Origin: a phage
DNA: 64,000 nt
Sequence record: OZ335962.1
Strand: one strand, 5' to 3'
The position numbers and the translations under genes are program-made. Of the stretch, positions 28,743-39,275 are shown one piece after another. The stretch's first letter is position 1; every line of letters starts with the position of its first letter. The notes under the pieces are model-generated. The model worked only from the letters and a program-made list of their open reading frames with translations. It had not been told where the DNA came from and did no database searches.

Positions 28743-28925
28743 TTATCCTCGGCAATCCACTTCGCATACTTTCTTGTCATCAATGAAAGCTTTAACTAAT
28801 GCTTTATTAACTTCAGCATATTGAATAGTAGCCCATTGAACGTCATCTTTCATCATTGTGATTTCTTTAGTAAACATGCTTTCATTCTTAAACCACCCCA
28901 TAAAAACTACCTTTACCAATTCCAT
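28743..28925 (-). CDS. dmd: Dmd antitoxin (discriminator of mRNA degradation)
   Basis: 60 aa; MELVKVVFMGWFKNESMFTKEITMMKDDVQWATIQYAEVNKALVKAF... matches T4 Dmd; SD GAGGAG. Confidence 0.85.
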   Translation of the reverse strand: MELVKVVFMGWFKNESMFTKEITMMKDDVQWATIQYAEVNKALVKAFIDDKKVCEVDCRG

Positions 28926-28946
28926 AACAATCTCCTCATTTAACCA

Positions 28947-28984
28947 ACAAGACTACTATACCATAGTCTTGTCGGCTTGTAAAC
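28947..28984 (-). promoter_or_regulatory. T4-type early promoter
   Basis: -35 GTTTAC overlapping gene 41 stop; -10 TATAGT. Confidence 0.55.
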
Positions 28985-30411
28985 TAAAATTTTAATTCAT
29001 TTGCCAAAGCATCTAACTGAGCTCGAGCTGATTCGTTTCTTTGATAGCGATTCTGTTCAGCCTGAATCTGCTGTGAACCTGCTACTTCGTTTACTTCGGT
29101 TGGAGTAGAATCTTGCTCAATTTCTACCCATTTTTGATTTCCTTTTTGAACACCCATCAAAAACTTATTCCATTTATTCTTATCACCATATCGTGATTTG
29201 ATTTGCTTAATGAGTTGTTGTTCAGCGGCTGCTAACTCCTCGGTTTCAATGACCGCAAGCATAAAATCGGCTGTTGCTGGAAGACCGGCAGATTCTGCAA
29301 TATCGCTCATGTTAACATCAGAAGAATCCCAAGCTTGCTTACCAACCTGTGCTGCAGTCCAAAGAACAGTTTCGGTTTCAACAGCCAGAGCACGCAATTC
29401 TTCTGCGATGGCTTTAACAGTTGTGTAACTATTTTCTGAATAAACTCTGATGCGACAAGATTTACAAATACCCAGATAGTCAACAATAATGATTGTTGGA
29501 ACAAAATTCTTCTTGAGCTTTAATTCGTTTAAAAGCGATCGAAATGTATTAGCGTCTGCTCCACCAGTAGGATATTGCTTAACGATTAAACGACCGAGAG
29601 TAGATTTCTCACGCCATTTTTCCATTTTTCCTTTATACTCAGCGTAAGAAATATGCCCATCATCAATGTCATCAAGAGAAACATCAAGCATGTTAGCGTC
29701 AATACGCTTAGCACAGACTTCTTCTGCCATTTCCATGGAAATGTAAAGAACATTGTGTCCGAGTTGTAAATAATCCGCTGCCAATGAACACAGACCTAAT
29801 GACTTACCGACGTTAACACCAGCCATTAAAACGTTCAGTGTTCCAGTTTCAGCTCCACCTTTAGTAATTTTATTTAGAATTTTGAGTCTAAATGGAACCT
29901 TACGAGCTTTATTCATATAAGATAGCCAACGTGCTTCGTAGTCATCCATCCAATCATGACCAACGTAACTATCAAATGAAATTGATAATGCTTGGCGCAT
30001 GATGTCAGGAATAGCACCAACATCCGGCATTTTCTTATTTCGTTTTTCTGGAGGAAGCTCAGCATTAGTTTGAATTTCAATTATTTTAGACGTAGCATTA
30101 AACATCGCCCTTTGCTGAACATATTTTTCTGTTTCTTTTACTAACCAGCTGTGGTCTTCTGGAGAATCGGCTAGTTTCGAAATAAGTGTTTTTACACCAG
30201 AATATTCTGTTTCAGTAAATGAACTATTTTCTAATGCAACATTCAACGCATTAATAGATGGAACGCTATGGTACTCATTAACATGAGATTTAATTAATTT
30301 GAATGTATTTTTAGCTGGACCACTTTCAAAATATTCTGAATCCATATATGGCCAAACTTTTGAAAAATAAGCTTGATCAAATATGAGATGAGAAAGAATA
30401 ATTTCTACCAC
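28984..30411 (-). CDS. 41: Replicative DNA helicase gp41 (DnaB-like)
   Basis: 475 aa; MVEIILSHLIFDQAYF... matches T4 gp41; start codon GTG preceded by SD AAGGAG. Confidence 0.95.
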   Translation of the reverse strand: MVEIILSHLIFDQAYFSKVWPYMDSEYFESGPAKNTFKLIKSHVNEYHSVPSINALNVALENSSFTETEYSGVKTLISKLADSPEDHSWLVKETEKYVQQRAMFNATSKIIEIQTNAELPPEKRNKKMPDVGAIPDIMRQALSISFDSYVGHDWMDDYEARWLSYMNKARKVPFRLKILNKITKGGAETGTLNVLMAGVNVGKSLGLCSLAADYLQLGHNVLYISMEMAEEVCAKRIDANMLDVSLDDIDDGHISYAEYKGKMEKWREKSTLGRLIVKQYPTGGADANTFRSLLNELKLKKNFVPTIIIVDYLGICKSCRIRVYSENSYTTVKAIAEELRALAVETETVLWTAAQVGKQAWDSSDVNMSDIAESAGLPATADFMLAVIETEELAAAEQQLIKQIKSRYGDKNKWNKFLMGVQKGNQKWVEIEQDSTPTEVNEVAGSQQIQAEQNRYQRNESARAQLDALANELKF

Positions 30412-30420
30412 ACTTACTCC

Positions 30421-30765
30421 TTAAAAGAATTTAAATTTTTTCTTTGACCTTTTATTAAATGCATCTTGTAGTTGCATTGTAATACATTTTTCTACATGAG
30501 GAGCTAACTCAGCTTTTCTTTCTTGGTCAAGAACAGCAAAGTCCATTACAACTTTTCCATCAACCCAATCTAATTTTGTCACATACACAATGTGTGTAGA
30601 ACCATCTTCTAATTTAATGACAATCTCCTGGATAACATTTTCCATGGCAGATTTAATTATCTTAAGAGATTCATTAAAAAGACGTTCTTTTCTTTCTTCT
30701 TCCCCCTCCGAAGAGGGGGATTCATCGATAATTTCTAGATCTAAATCTAAATCATCTTTATTCAT
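30421..30765 (-). CDS. 40: Probable gp40 (head assembly)
   Basis: 114 aa from ATG 30765 (track start GTG); acidic N-terminus; locus between 41 and uvsX. Confidence 0.5.
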   Translation of the reverse strand: MNKDDLDLDLEIIDESPSSEGEEERKERLFNESLKIIKSAMENVIQEIVIKLEDGSTHIVYVTKLDWVDGKVVMDFAVLDQERKAELAPHVEKCITMQLQDAFNKRSKKKFKFF

Positions 30766-31939
30766 TAAATTCTTCCATATCACTTAACTGATCTAGGTCA
30801 GTTTCTAAATCAGCTGCTGATTTACTTTTACTTTCTGGAGATTTAAATTTTTCAACCTTTGAGTTAATCAATTCATCAACTTCAGCTTCAACAATTTCAT
30901 TACTATCAATAGCACCTAACTGATAAGCGCGTTTAATAGCATCTCGGAATGGCTGATGCTTAAATAAAGGACCCCAGAATGTAGTGCAGTTGGTATCTTT
31001 TGCACGCCAAGATTTTTCTTCGCGAATCATCTCGCCGGTTTCTTCATCAAGAAATTCACGAGCATACCAGCCATTTTTAGGTTTTACCACAAATCCTAAT
31101 TCAAGAGCCATATCTAACAATCCAGAATAAGGATCGATACCACCGTCAAATTTAACATCAATAAAGAATTTACTTTTTTCTTTAACGGTACGAGATTTTT
31201 CTACATTTAGAACAAACTGATACCCCTGAAGATCTGAACCATCTTTAATCTGGCGCTTACCGATAATGAATACGGTATCAGCCGAATACATTACGCCTGT
31301 ACCACCTGTCATCACGGTTTTACTAAACATTTCAATTGTTTCAATTGTATGGTTAACCGCAACACATGGAATATTTTTAATGCTAAAATAAGGAGTAACA
31401 ATACGGAATAATGACTTCAGTGATTTAGCACGAGTCATATCTGCCACAGATTTTTCATTCAAGGCATCTTCCGTTTCTTTCTTAGAAGCCATATTACCAA
31501 TTGAGTCGATGAATACAATAACTTTTTCACCACGCTCAATAGCTTCAAGCTGATTCACCATATCAATTTTCAGCTGTTCAACTGACTGGATTGGTGTATG
31601 AATTACTCGTTCCGGGTCAACTCCCATGGATCGCAAATAAGCTGGAGTAATACCAAATTCGCTATCATAGAATAGACATACCGCGTCAGGATATTTGTTC
31701 AAATACGCCGCAACCATAGTCAAAGACATATTTGATTTAAAGTGTTTAGAAGGACCTGCAAAAATGGTTAAACCAGACTGCATACCACCATCAATCGCAC
31801 CAGAAATAGCGATATTAAGCATTGGGATTTTTGTACGGATTACATCCTTTTCATTAAAGAATTTAGATGTAGTCAGTTCAGCAGTCATTTTAGAAGTGGA
31901 AGCTTTAATCAAACGGGATTTTAAATCTGCAATAGACAT
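30758..31939 (-). CDS. uvsX: UvsX recombinase (RecA-like)
   Basis: 393 aa; matches T4 UvsX. Confidence 0.95.
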   Translation of the reverse strand: MSIADLKSRLIKASTSKMTAELTTSKFFNEKDVIRTKIPMLNIAISGAIDGGMQSGLTIFAGPSKHFKSNMSLTMVAAYLNKYPDAVCLFYDSEFGITPAYLRSMGVDPERVIHTPIQSVEQLKIDMVNQLEAIERGEKVIVFIDSIGNMASKKETEDALNEKSVADMTRAKSLKSLFRIVTPYFSIKNIPCVAVNHTIETIEMFSKTVMTGGTGVMYSADTVFIIGKRQIKDGSDLQGYQFVLNVEKSRTVKEKSKFFIDVKFDGGIDPYSGLLDMALELGFVVKPKNGWYAREFLDEETGEMIREEKSWRAKDTNCTTFWGPLFKHQPFRDAIKRAYQLGAIDSNEIVEAEVDELINSKVEKFKSPESKSKSAADLETDLDQLSDMEEFNE

Positions 31940-32016
31940 TCATTTTTTCCATAGGCATCATTATATTTTCCTCACTGGTTAAAGATAGAGTAATTATAAC
32001 ACAATAAATTTAGGCA

Positions 32017-32859
32017 TTAATCAACTGCTATTGGATGAATAGCATTAAACTTATGAAACGCTTCTGATTTTTCTTTGCGCGAAACACACATGCGAAGAAC
32101 CTTTAATGGTTCGTCTTCTTCACCCAACGATTTTCTCTTTTCAATATTCAATGTTTTCCAACGAGCTTGCTCTGGAAACTCTCTATTGATTTGCTCAAGA
32201 GCTCTATTATGTTTTGAATTACTACGAATTGAACTGCACCCGCCCGGAGCCTGTGCTTTTCCAGATACAACCAGATATTTGAACAAGGCCAAATGTGGAT
32301 AACCTTGATTAATTAAATTGAGAAATGCATACATATCTTCGCATAAATCAATTTTTCCATACCCAATTTGTTCTGTCGTAAGTTTTCCGAGGTCATACCA
32401 AGTATTCGTGAATCCATATGAATTTTCACGATAATTACCCCAAGATGAAGTAATTTTAAAAATAGGCAGACGAGCATGACCATGATAATACCCGCAATCC
32501 ATGGCATCTTCAACGTATTGAATCAATTCATAGAACTGTTCACGAGTTAATTGATTAATTTTATCTACGCAGCGACGATCATCTTTCTTTCGCATTGAAC
32601 TCATACGAATAGTAGTATCATCATCAATCATCCAAATTCGTTGACCTGCATACATATCAGTAATTGCTTTACGAGTACCAGCAATTCCGTTAACATCATC
32701 AGGAATAGTTATAATTTTAGCTCTAGACCCGTAAGCGTCATAATAAGCCTTTTCTTCATGTTCACGTACTACAATATGTGGTTCATAATCAGTCGGAAAC
32801 ATATCAAGGGCAGAAACTGCCCCTACGCGCTGATAGCTTGGAATTACGAATTGAATCAT
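32017..32859 (-). CDS. Putative GT-A fold glycosyltransferase (where T4 has beta-gt)
   Basis: 280 aa from ATG 32859; N-terminal FVIPSYQR motif and DxD (IDDDT); ATGA coupling with gene 42 stop. Confidence 0.55.
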   Translation of the reverse strand: MIQFVIPSYQRVGAVSALDMFPTDYEPHIVVREHEEKAYYDAYGSRAKIITIPDDVNGIAGTRKAITDMYAGQRIWMIDDDTTIRMSSMRKKDDRRCVDKINQLTREQFYELIQYVEDAMDCGYYHGHARLPIFKITSSWGNYRENSYGFTNTWYDLGKLTTEQIGYGKIDLCEDMYAFLNLINQGYPHLALFKYLVVSGKAQAPGGCSSIRSNSKHNRALEQINREFPEQARWKTLNIEKRKSLGEEDEPLKVLRMCVSRKEKSEAFHKFNAIHPIAVD

Positions 32860-33596
32860 TTCCACTCACCGTTATAATCTTTTTTCGCAATATGAGTTTC
32901 GCCAGTTTTCCACCAATGGTCAACCAAATAAAAATGACGGGAATACACATGAAGGCTTCCGACATTCCATATAATGGAACCTGCTTTATACTGACGAGTT
33001 GAATCACCTGCATTCAAATCAGATACTAATTTATCTAGTACGTATTTTTGCCATGCATAATCATTACGGAATCCGAAGACCACGTCATTTGAACGCATGC
33101 TTACTACTGCATTGACTTTCTTATCACGAATCAGGTACTGTACTGTATTCGTACACATGAAATCTGACATACCATCTTTATTGTAGTCAAACTGCATGGA
33201 TGGACGAGTATAAATCATGATACCGCGTCGAGAATCAGGATTTTGACCAAGTTCAGCTAAACACATATCATACTGGGCATAGTTATCTTCTGACCAGATG
33301 GCCCAACCATAATTCGAGTTAATTTCGCCTTTAGAAGATGCTACCTGTTGCCAAATCTTTGGTGTTTCACCTGGAATATCTTTAACAAACAGACTTTGAG
33401 ACTTATACCATTCAAGTTCACGTTGAATGTATTCATCATTAAGAGCGCCAAAAATAAAAGGTTCATCTGCTACAAATGATGCACCAATAATTTCAATAGT
33501 TTTAACACCAGTTTTATCAATTACGAAATCTTTTTCCTTTAATGCAAGACCCAAATCAAGACGGATTTCTTCAACTGTCATATAATCGTTAATCAT
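32856..33596 (-). CDS. 42: dCMP hydroxymethylase gp42
   Basis: 246 aa; near-identical to recalled T4 gp42. Confidence 0.95.
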   Translation of the reverse strand: MINDYMTVEEIRLDLGLALKEKDFVIDKTGVKTIEIIGASFVADEPFIFGALNDEYIQRELEWYKSQSLFVKDIPGETPKIWQQVASSKGEINSNYGWAIWSEDNYAQYDMCLAELGQNPDSRRGIMIYTRPSMQFDYNKDGMSDFMCTNTVQYLIRDKKVNAVVSMRSNDVVFGFRNDYAWQKYVLDKLVSDLNAGDSTRQYKAGSIIWNVGSLHVYSRHFYLVDHWWKTGETHIAKKDYNGEWK

Positions 33597-33603
33597 TTAA
33601 ACC

Positions 33604-33753
33604 TCAATTGATGCATTCATATTTAACTTGTAACAGTAATAAACCCCAACCTATAATAAGTGTCGGAATCATACAAGGAACCGTTACGCTATAGTATATA
33701 CTTATTATAATCATCAAAATTAAAAGCAATACTGCTAAAATTTTGCTTTTCAT
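33604..33753 (-). CDS. Small membrane peptide, 49 aa
   Basis: Hand translation MKSKILAVLLLILMIIISIYYSVTVPCMIPTLIIGWGLLLLQVKYECIN; ATGA coupling with imm stop. Confidence 0.4.
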   Translation of the reverse strand: MKSKILAVLLLILMIIISIYYSVTVPCMIPTLIIGWGLLLLQVKYECIN

Positions 33754-34001
33754 TCCTTCTCTCTGATGATAATTACTTGGTTTTGCTGTGCAGATTTTTT
33801 AGTTTCACCCGCAATTGACCAAATAAATGTAATAAACCAACCAATAATTGACCAATTAAACAGTAAAGATGTGAAAAAGATTCCTACTGTCGATTTTGAC
33901 CCACGCATCAAGGCGATGAACCACGGAAGCATGTATATAATAATAGCCAACACGCCTGAAACTAAAACCATAAAAATTGAACCTGCTACTAAAGTTTCCA
34001 T
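33750..34001 (-). CDS. imm: Immunity protein Imm (membrane)
   Basis: 83 aa, two TM segments; length and locus as T4 imm. Confidence 0.8.
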   Translation of the reverse strand: METLVAGSIFMVLVSGVLAIIIYMLPWFIALMRGSKSTVGIFFTSLLFNWSIIGWFITFIWSIAGETKKSAQQNQVIIIREKE

Positions 34002-34008
34002 GTTTTCC

Positions 34009-34389
34009 TCACTTAGTCAAATTTTTTACACATGAATTATAAGAATTCACTACATACTCCATTGGAGCATTTTTACCAGTACGCCATTGGTAATTATTAG
34101 CCCAATTAGCCCAAAGTTCGGCGCAGTAGTTTTCAATTTTTTCTTCGCGTGTAATTACATCTGAATTACGATATGCTTGAGCAGATTCATCTGGACGAAT
34201 AGCTTCGTCAAAATTCGCCTGCATTTGTTCTACTGTCTGTTTTGGAGCTTCTTTATAACATTTAACATTAGGATTATAAAATTTGCTTGAACAGTTTACA
34301 ATTTTTCCTGCATCAGACTGATTTACTATCGGTCCTTGAGCTACACATCCAGTAAGACCTAATGCAATAACCAAAATAGCGATTTTCAT
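34009..34389 (-). CDS. Putative lipoprotein, 126 aa
   Basis: Start at ATG 34389 with SD GGAG; lipobox LTGC; track ORF extended through promoter. Confidence 0.55.
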   Translation of the reverse strand: MKIAILVIALGLTGCVAQGPIVNQSDAGKIVNCSSKFYNPNVKCYKEAPKQTVEQMQANFDEAIRPDESAQAYRNSDVITREEKIENYCAELWANWANNYQWRTGKNAPMEYVVNSYNSCVKNLTK

Positions 34390-34415
34390 TTCATTCTCCA
34401 AATTTGTATTGGTTG

Positions 34416-34453
34416 ATAGAGTAATAGTACCACAGAGGAACAGTCTTGTAAAC
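34416..34453 (-). promoter_or_regulatory. T4-type early promoter
   Basis: GTTTACAAGACTGTTCCTCTGTGGTACTAT. Confidence 0.6.
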
Positions 34454-34534
34454 AGTTTTGTGAAAAAATTTTTAATGAATTTACAGGACCTAGAATCATC
34501 TATTTTTCCTAAGTATAGATTTATATTACTTGTA

Positions 34535-34557
34535 TGAAAAAGGGACCCGGAGGTCCC
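34535..34557 (-). terminator. Rho-independent terminator downstream of gene 43
   Basis: GGGACC-UCCG-GGUCCC hairpin + U-run on minus transcript. Confidence 0.65.
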
Positions 34558-34570
34558 TAGATTTATTCTA

Positions 34571-37267
34571 TCAGCCAAACAGGAAGTCTAACGAAGCTTT
34601 TTCCTCATAGTCCATACCTGCCGATTCACACATGCCCGCAAGAGGTTTAACAAACGATTTTTGGAACAAAGTTGAGTAGTCAATCCAAGACAGTACGTCA
34701 GAACGAATTTCTTTTGGAAGTTCTGTGCCTGATGGCCAAGCAATGCACTTGTCACCAAATGGATTTCCTTCACGTAATGGAAGAACCATTACCTTATTTC
34801 CATCCAAAATTGGAGCTACACCTAAACCACTAACAGCTCGACGATAAGTTAGCACACCACGAATATGGAACGGACATTTAAATCCTGGCCAACCTTTATC
34901 ATCATATTTCGCTATATCGTTCGCAGTTTTTACTTCAGCAATAACTTTATAGTCAAGTTGACGATATTCTTTCTCAAAGTTCTTGTAGTATTCTTGGACA
35001 GACTCTTCACCTTCCTGAAGAATACGACGAATACTTTCTTCGAGGGCTTCTTGTACTGCTTTTGGTGTTGAACTCTGCTGAGTTTCCATACCCATGATTT
35101 TTAGATGCGGTTCAGCAAATCGCTTATCTTCCATATCATAAACGTTCAGAGCATAACGTTTTTTCGCTTTCCAAAATCCACCAACACCCTTTGAACCAAG
35201 TGGAGGGCAAGAAATAGCTTCACGGTCCATATGCATCAGATGCTCGCGGTTATTCATATAATCACATAACTCACGATATGCAACATCAATCATAGGTTCC
35301 ATCTTTTTCTTACCAAACTGATTCATGAATTCAACTAAATCATTTTGTTCTTTAAAGCGGTCAAGACCTACTTTTTCAATAACTTTATCTACACAAACAT
35401 ATACCGAATCAGTATCACCTGCTGCGATGAAATCTTCACCATTAGTTCCACACACTTTATTTAGATACTCATTAATTTTACGAGCAATCCATTGAATACC
35501 AACTTGACCGAAAATTGTGATAGCAGTAGCATTTCGCAAATCATAGTAACGGAAATGAATATTACCAAGAGCACCATAAAGACTGTTAATAAGAATTTTA
35601 CGGTTCAGCTGATTTGTGTTAGCAAGCGTAGCTGCTTTTTCACATTCTTCGATCAGACTATTAAGAACAGATTCGGTGTAATTCGATAATTTGTTTAAGA
35701 AATCATCATTGAACTTAACATATCGTTCAACTTCTGGTTTAGTTGAACAAGACCCTGCACCTTTCATAATAATCTTTTTAATAGCTTCGGCATTCATTTC
35801 TTCCGCGAACATTTTCTTTTTCCAATCTTTACGCTGGAAAAATACTTTAGCGATTTCCTTTGGAATGATACCTTCTTGGTGCTTATCATACATCCATCCA
35901 TTCGGAGAGCAAGAATATTCATCACTTGGCTTAGGAGCTGTTCCTGCGATATATTCATGAATTGGATGAACTTTAAACTGCCCACGAATAGTCTCAGGAC
36001 TAATGTTAACCTGACGAATAATGCTAGGATACAGAGACGTCAAGTCAAAACTCATAATGTATCTACGGGCAATCGGTTTAGGTTCAAACACAAATGCACC
36101 TGGAAAACTCTGTTTAACGTGCGAACCTTGTTGAGGAATAACCTTATGTTCACCTTTCAGTGAGTTAAAAATAATAGCATCCCAAGTTTTAATAGGACTC
36201 ATTACACCAGAAAAAGGCATTTTAGCGTAATAAGACATACTTAAAACTAGATCGATAAACCCACGAATTTTATCAATTGCTTGAACTGATTCTACGTCAA
36301 TGATGTTATAACTAATGTATCGTTGATGATTAGTCTCACGAAGTTTATTAATAGGACCATCATATGGTAATTTACCTTTTTTGGTTTCATGTTGAGCAAC
36401 TGATTCCAAAGAGAACGATGGCAAATTAGTAAATGCGAATTTCTTGTACAAATCTAAATAATCAAGAATAGATACGCCATCAATAGAATAAATTTCTTTG
36501 CTACCGTACATATTTTGAATTAGTTTAGATTTTACTCGACCGATTGGAGAGAAGCGTTTCATACTACGTTCGCCTAGAACCATTTTAACACGGTTCATGA
36601 TATACGGAACGTCAAATCCCTCAATATTCCAACCAGTAAAAATAGCGGGTCGTTTCTGTTCCCAGAGATTAATATATTCCATGAGCATATCACGCTCATT
36701 ATCAAATGGCATATAAATTACTCGGTCAAGAATTTCTTGAGGAACTTCATCACCACCTTCGCAGTCAAGCTTAGCAGCTAACTTTGCATCCCATTTTGAT
36801 ACTGAACCGTACATTGAATTCAATAAATCAAAGACGTAAAAACGATCGTCAATTGAATCATAATGAGTGATAGCATCAATTTCATATTCTGCTTTCATTG
36901 GGTCAGGAAATTTATCGCCAGTAACCTCAATGTCACAGTTAGCCACACGAACAAATTTTCGGTCATAAACAATTTCTGAACCATATGTATCACTGATATA
37001 AGCGAGTTTAAAATCGTTCATACCGAGAGCTTCGAGACCGATGTCTTCCATTCGCTTCATCCAGTCTCGCGCATCTTTCATTGATGGAAATTTTTGAGGA
37101 GCGCAATTTTTACCATAAATGTCTTTGTATTTTGACTCTTCCTTACAATGCCTAAACATAGTCGGAAGATATTCTACTTCACGGGTACGTTCCTTTCCAT
37201 TTTCATCAATATAACGCTCAACAATATTATTTCCGACTGTTTCGATAGAGATATAAAATTCTTTCAT
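34571..37267 (-). CDS. 43: DNA polymerase gp43
   Basis: 898 aa; matches T4 DNA polymerase. Confidence 0.97.
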   Translation of the reverse strand: MKEFYISIETVGNNIVERYIDENGKERTREVEYLPTMFRHCKEESKYKDIYGKNCAPQKFPSMKDARDWMKRMEDIGLEALGMNDFKLAYISDTYGSEIVYDRKFVRVANCDIEVTGDKFPDPMKAEYEIDAITHYDSIDDRFYVFDLLNSMYGSVSKWDAKLAAKLDCEGGDEVPQEILDRVIYMPFDNERDMLMEYINLWEQKRPAIFTGWNIEGFDVPYIMNRVKMVLGERSMKRFSPIGRVKSKLIQNMYGSKEIYSIDGVSILDYLDLYKKFAFTNLPSFSLESVAQHETKKGKLPYDGPINKLRETNHQRYISYNIIDVESVQAIDKIRGFIDLVLSMSYYAKMPFSGVMSPIKTWDAIIFNSLKGEHKVIPQQGSHVKQSFPGAFVFEPKPIARRYIMSFDLTSLYPSIIRQVNISPETIRGQFKVHPIHEYIAGTAPKPSDEYSCSPNGWMYDKHQEGIIPKEIAKVFFQRKDWKKKMFAEEMNAEAIKKIIMKGAGSCSTKPEVERYVKFNDDFLNKLSNYTESVLNSLIEECEKAATLANTNQLNRKILINSLYGALGNIHFRYYDLRNATAITIFGQVGIQWIARKINEYLNKVCGTNGEDFIAAGDTDSVYVCVDKVIEKVGLDRFKEQNDLVEFMNQFGKKKMEPMIDVAYRELCDYMNNREHLMHMDREAISCPPLGSKGVGGFWKAKKRYALNVYDMEDKRFAEPHLKIMGMETQQSSTPKAVQEALEESIRRILQEGEESVQEYYKNFEKEYRQLDYKVIAEVKTANDIAKYDDKGWPGFKCPFHIRGVLTYRRAVSGLGVAPILDGNKVMVLPLREGNPFGDKCIAWPSGTELPKEIRSDVLSWIDYSTLFQKSFVKPLAGMCESAGMDYEEKASLDFLFG

Positions 37268-37327
37268 AGATATTCCTTAGTTTATAGCCCGAGTTATTAG
37301 GCTCTTGATATATTATACTCCAAATAA

Positions 37328-37341
37328 GGGGCCGAAGCCCC
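37328..37341 (-). other. UUCG-tetraloop hairpin directly 3-prime of regA stop
   Basis: ggggccgaagcccc. Confidence 0.5.
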
Positions 37342-37345
37342 TTGC

Positions 37346-37714
37346 TTAATTACCAATCGTATATTTTGGAACGAGTTTCCATTCATGTTTTTGTTTAAAA
37401 GAAATAACTCGGAAGTTATTGGTTAAATCTTTCATAAAAGTTCTTTGACCAGGAACGATTTCAATCAGTCCCCAATCTTCTAACAGCCACGCAATCGAAT
37501 CACGGCGAACTTCATCTTCTTCTGTCATTTCAACCTGGCGACCATCCATACGAAGCATTTCTTTAAAATGAACGATATAGTATAGTCCTTTTTTCTGAAG
37601 AATATGGCAGGACTGATACAGAACTTTATCTTTATTATTAGCAATTCCCATACGAGTCAAGGTTTCTTTTACTTTCAGAAAATCTTCAGGTTTTTTAAGA
37701 GTAATTTCAATCAT
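37346..37714 (-). CDS. regA: Translational repressor RegA
   Basis: 122 aa; matches T4 RegA. Confidence 0.9.
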   Translation of the reverse strand: MIEITLKKPEDFLKVKETLTRMGIANNKDKVLYQSCHILQKKGLYYIVHFKEMLRMDGRQVEMTEEDEVRRDSIAWLLEDWGLIEIVPGQRTFMKDLTNNFRVISFKQKHEWKLVPKYTIGN

Positions 37715-37715
37715 T

Positions 37716-38279
37716 TTACCATTCCAATGCTAGTTTTTTGAGTTGTTTCTGTTCTTTTACGTTCTTAGTCACTTCTTTCAAAAAATCATCCGTGACTAAA
37801 CCTTTTAGTTCTTTTAATACTAAAGGAAGTTTTCCATTTTTAGTAAGAATTGATTTATAGTTAATTGCATCATTTGTATTAACTTGATACCGCTTAGCAA
37901 GTAACTTAATAATCAATACTTCGGTAGAATCTTCGACCAGTTTTGCCCATTTACCGTATCTTTTACCCCGAGGAACGGCAGCCATCAGATAATTAAAATG
38001 GGCTTCATCGCTTAAACCTGATCCAATTAAATTCATCGCATATACAGCTGGCATGCATTCAGGAAATTGTGATAATGCATTCTCAACCATGTATTTTGAA
38101 TAATCTTTTTGAGCAATAGAGCATTTAGTTTTATTATTAATAGCTCCAATTATTTCAAAAAATTCATTTTCAGCTTTTTCCTTAAAAGAATCAGCAGCAG
38201 ATTGGACAGCTGTCCAATCTTTTGAATACCAAGCAACTTGATGCTCGTTTAATTGAATATCATCTTCAAATAAGCTCAT
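37716..38279 (-). CDS. 62: Clamp loader small subunit gp62
   Basis: 187 aa; position between 44 and regA. Confidence 0.9.
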   Translation of the reverse strand: MSLFEDDIQLNEHQVAWYSKDWTAVQSAADSFKEKAENEFFEIIGAINNKTKCSIAQKDYSKYMVENALSQFPECMPAVYAMNLIGSGLSDEAHFNYLMAAVPRGKRYGKWAKLVEDSTEVLIIKLLAKRYQVNTNDAINYKSILTKNGKLPLVLKELKGLVTDDFLKEVTKNVKEQKQLKKLALEW

Positions 38280-38280
38280 A

Positions 38281-39240
38281 TCACTTCCACTGCATTTCGC
38301 ATGCTAATTGAATGAAAAGATATGCTAAATGTAATTCAGTATTAGCCGCAATTCCATGATACTGGTTATTTTCACCAACAATTTCATACATACGAATAAT
38401 ACTTTGCGGAGTTACGCGTGTATAGATTTCTTCGGCAAGTTTACCTACGAACCACGAATAATCAGCTGCATATTTTGGTGCTAAAGCTCTGAGCTGTTTA
38501 ACATCTTTATTTTTGAGAGATTCAAGAACATCATCAATAGCACCACGATCGTTAGTAACCAGTGATAAAATACCAGCATCCAAAACACCTTTAGATGAAT
38601 AACTATCGAGCTCACCAATAGTTTTACGAAAATCAGGAAAATTCTTTTTAACTAAAGCTGCTACAACTTTCATATCAGCTATAGCAATTCCTTCATGCTT
38701 ACAGATTTCAGTCAATCGACGAATCATCTGCTTCATCATTTCAATTTTATCTTCATCGGTCGGTTGACCGAACGTAATAACTCGGCAGCGTGACTGAAGC
38801 GGTTTAATAATACCATCAATATTGTTAGCAGTAATAATAATACTACAGTTTGAACTATAAGCTTCCATAAAGGAACGAAGATGCCGCTGAGACTCTGCTA
38901 ACCCTGAACGGTCAAATTCATCAATAACGATTACTTTTTGACGACCATCAAATGAAGCTGCGCTAGCAAAATTAGTCAAAGGACCACGAACGAAATCAAT
39001 TTTACAATCTGACCCATTTACAAACATCATATCAGCATTTACATCATGACACAATGCTTTTGCTACAGTTGTTTTACCTGTTCCTGGAGAAGGAGAATGA
39101 AGAATAATATGTGGAATCTTACCTTTACTTGTAATAGATTTAAAGGTTTCTTTATCAAAGGCGGGAAGAATACATTCATCGATAGTAGATGGACGATATT
39201 TCTGTTCAAGAATGTGTTCTTTTTCATTTACAGTAATCAT
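38281..39240 (-). CDS. 44: Clamp loader ATPase gp44
   Basis: 319 aa from ATG 39240 with SD GAGGAAA (track start TTG); Walker A GTGKTT. Confidence 0.95.
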   Translation of the reverse strand: MITVNEKEHILEQKYRPSTIDECILPAFDKETFKSITSKGKIPHIILHSPSPGTGKTTVAKALCHDVNADMMFVNGSDCKIDFVRGPLTNFASAASFDGRQKVIVIDEFDRSGLAESQRHLRSFMEAYSSNCSIIITANNIDGIIKPLQSRCRVITFGQPTDEDKIEMMKQMIRRLTEICKHEGIAIADMKVVAALVKKNFPDFRKTIGELDSYSSKGVLDAGILSLVTNDRGAIDDVLESLKNKDVKQLRALAPKYAADYSWFVGKLAEEIYTRVTPQSIIRMYEIVGENNQYHGIAANTELHLAYLFIQLACEMQWK

Positions 39241-39275
39241 AATTTCCTCATTCAAGTTTTAGTGTAAATTATAAA

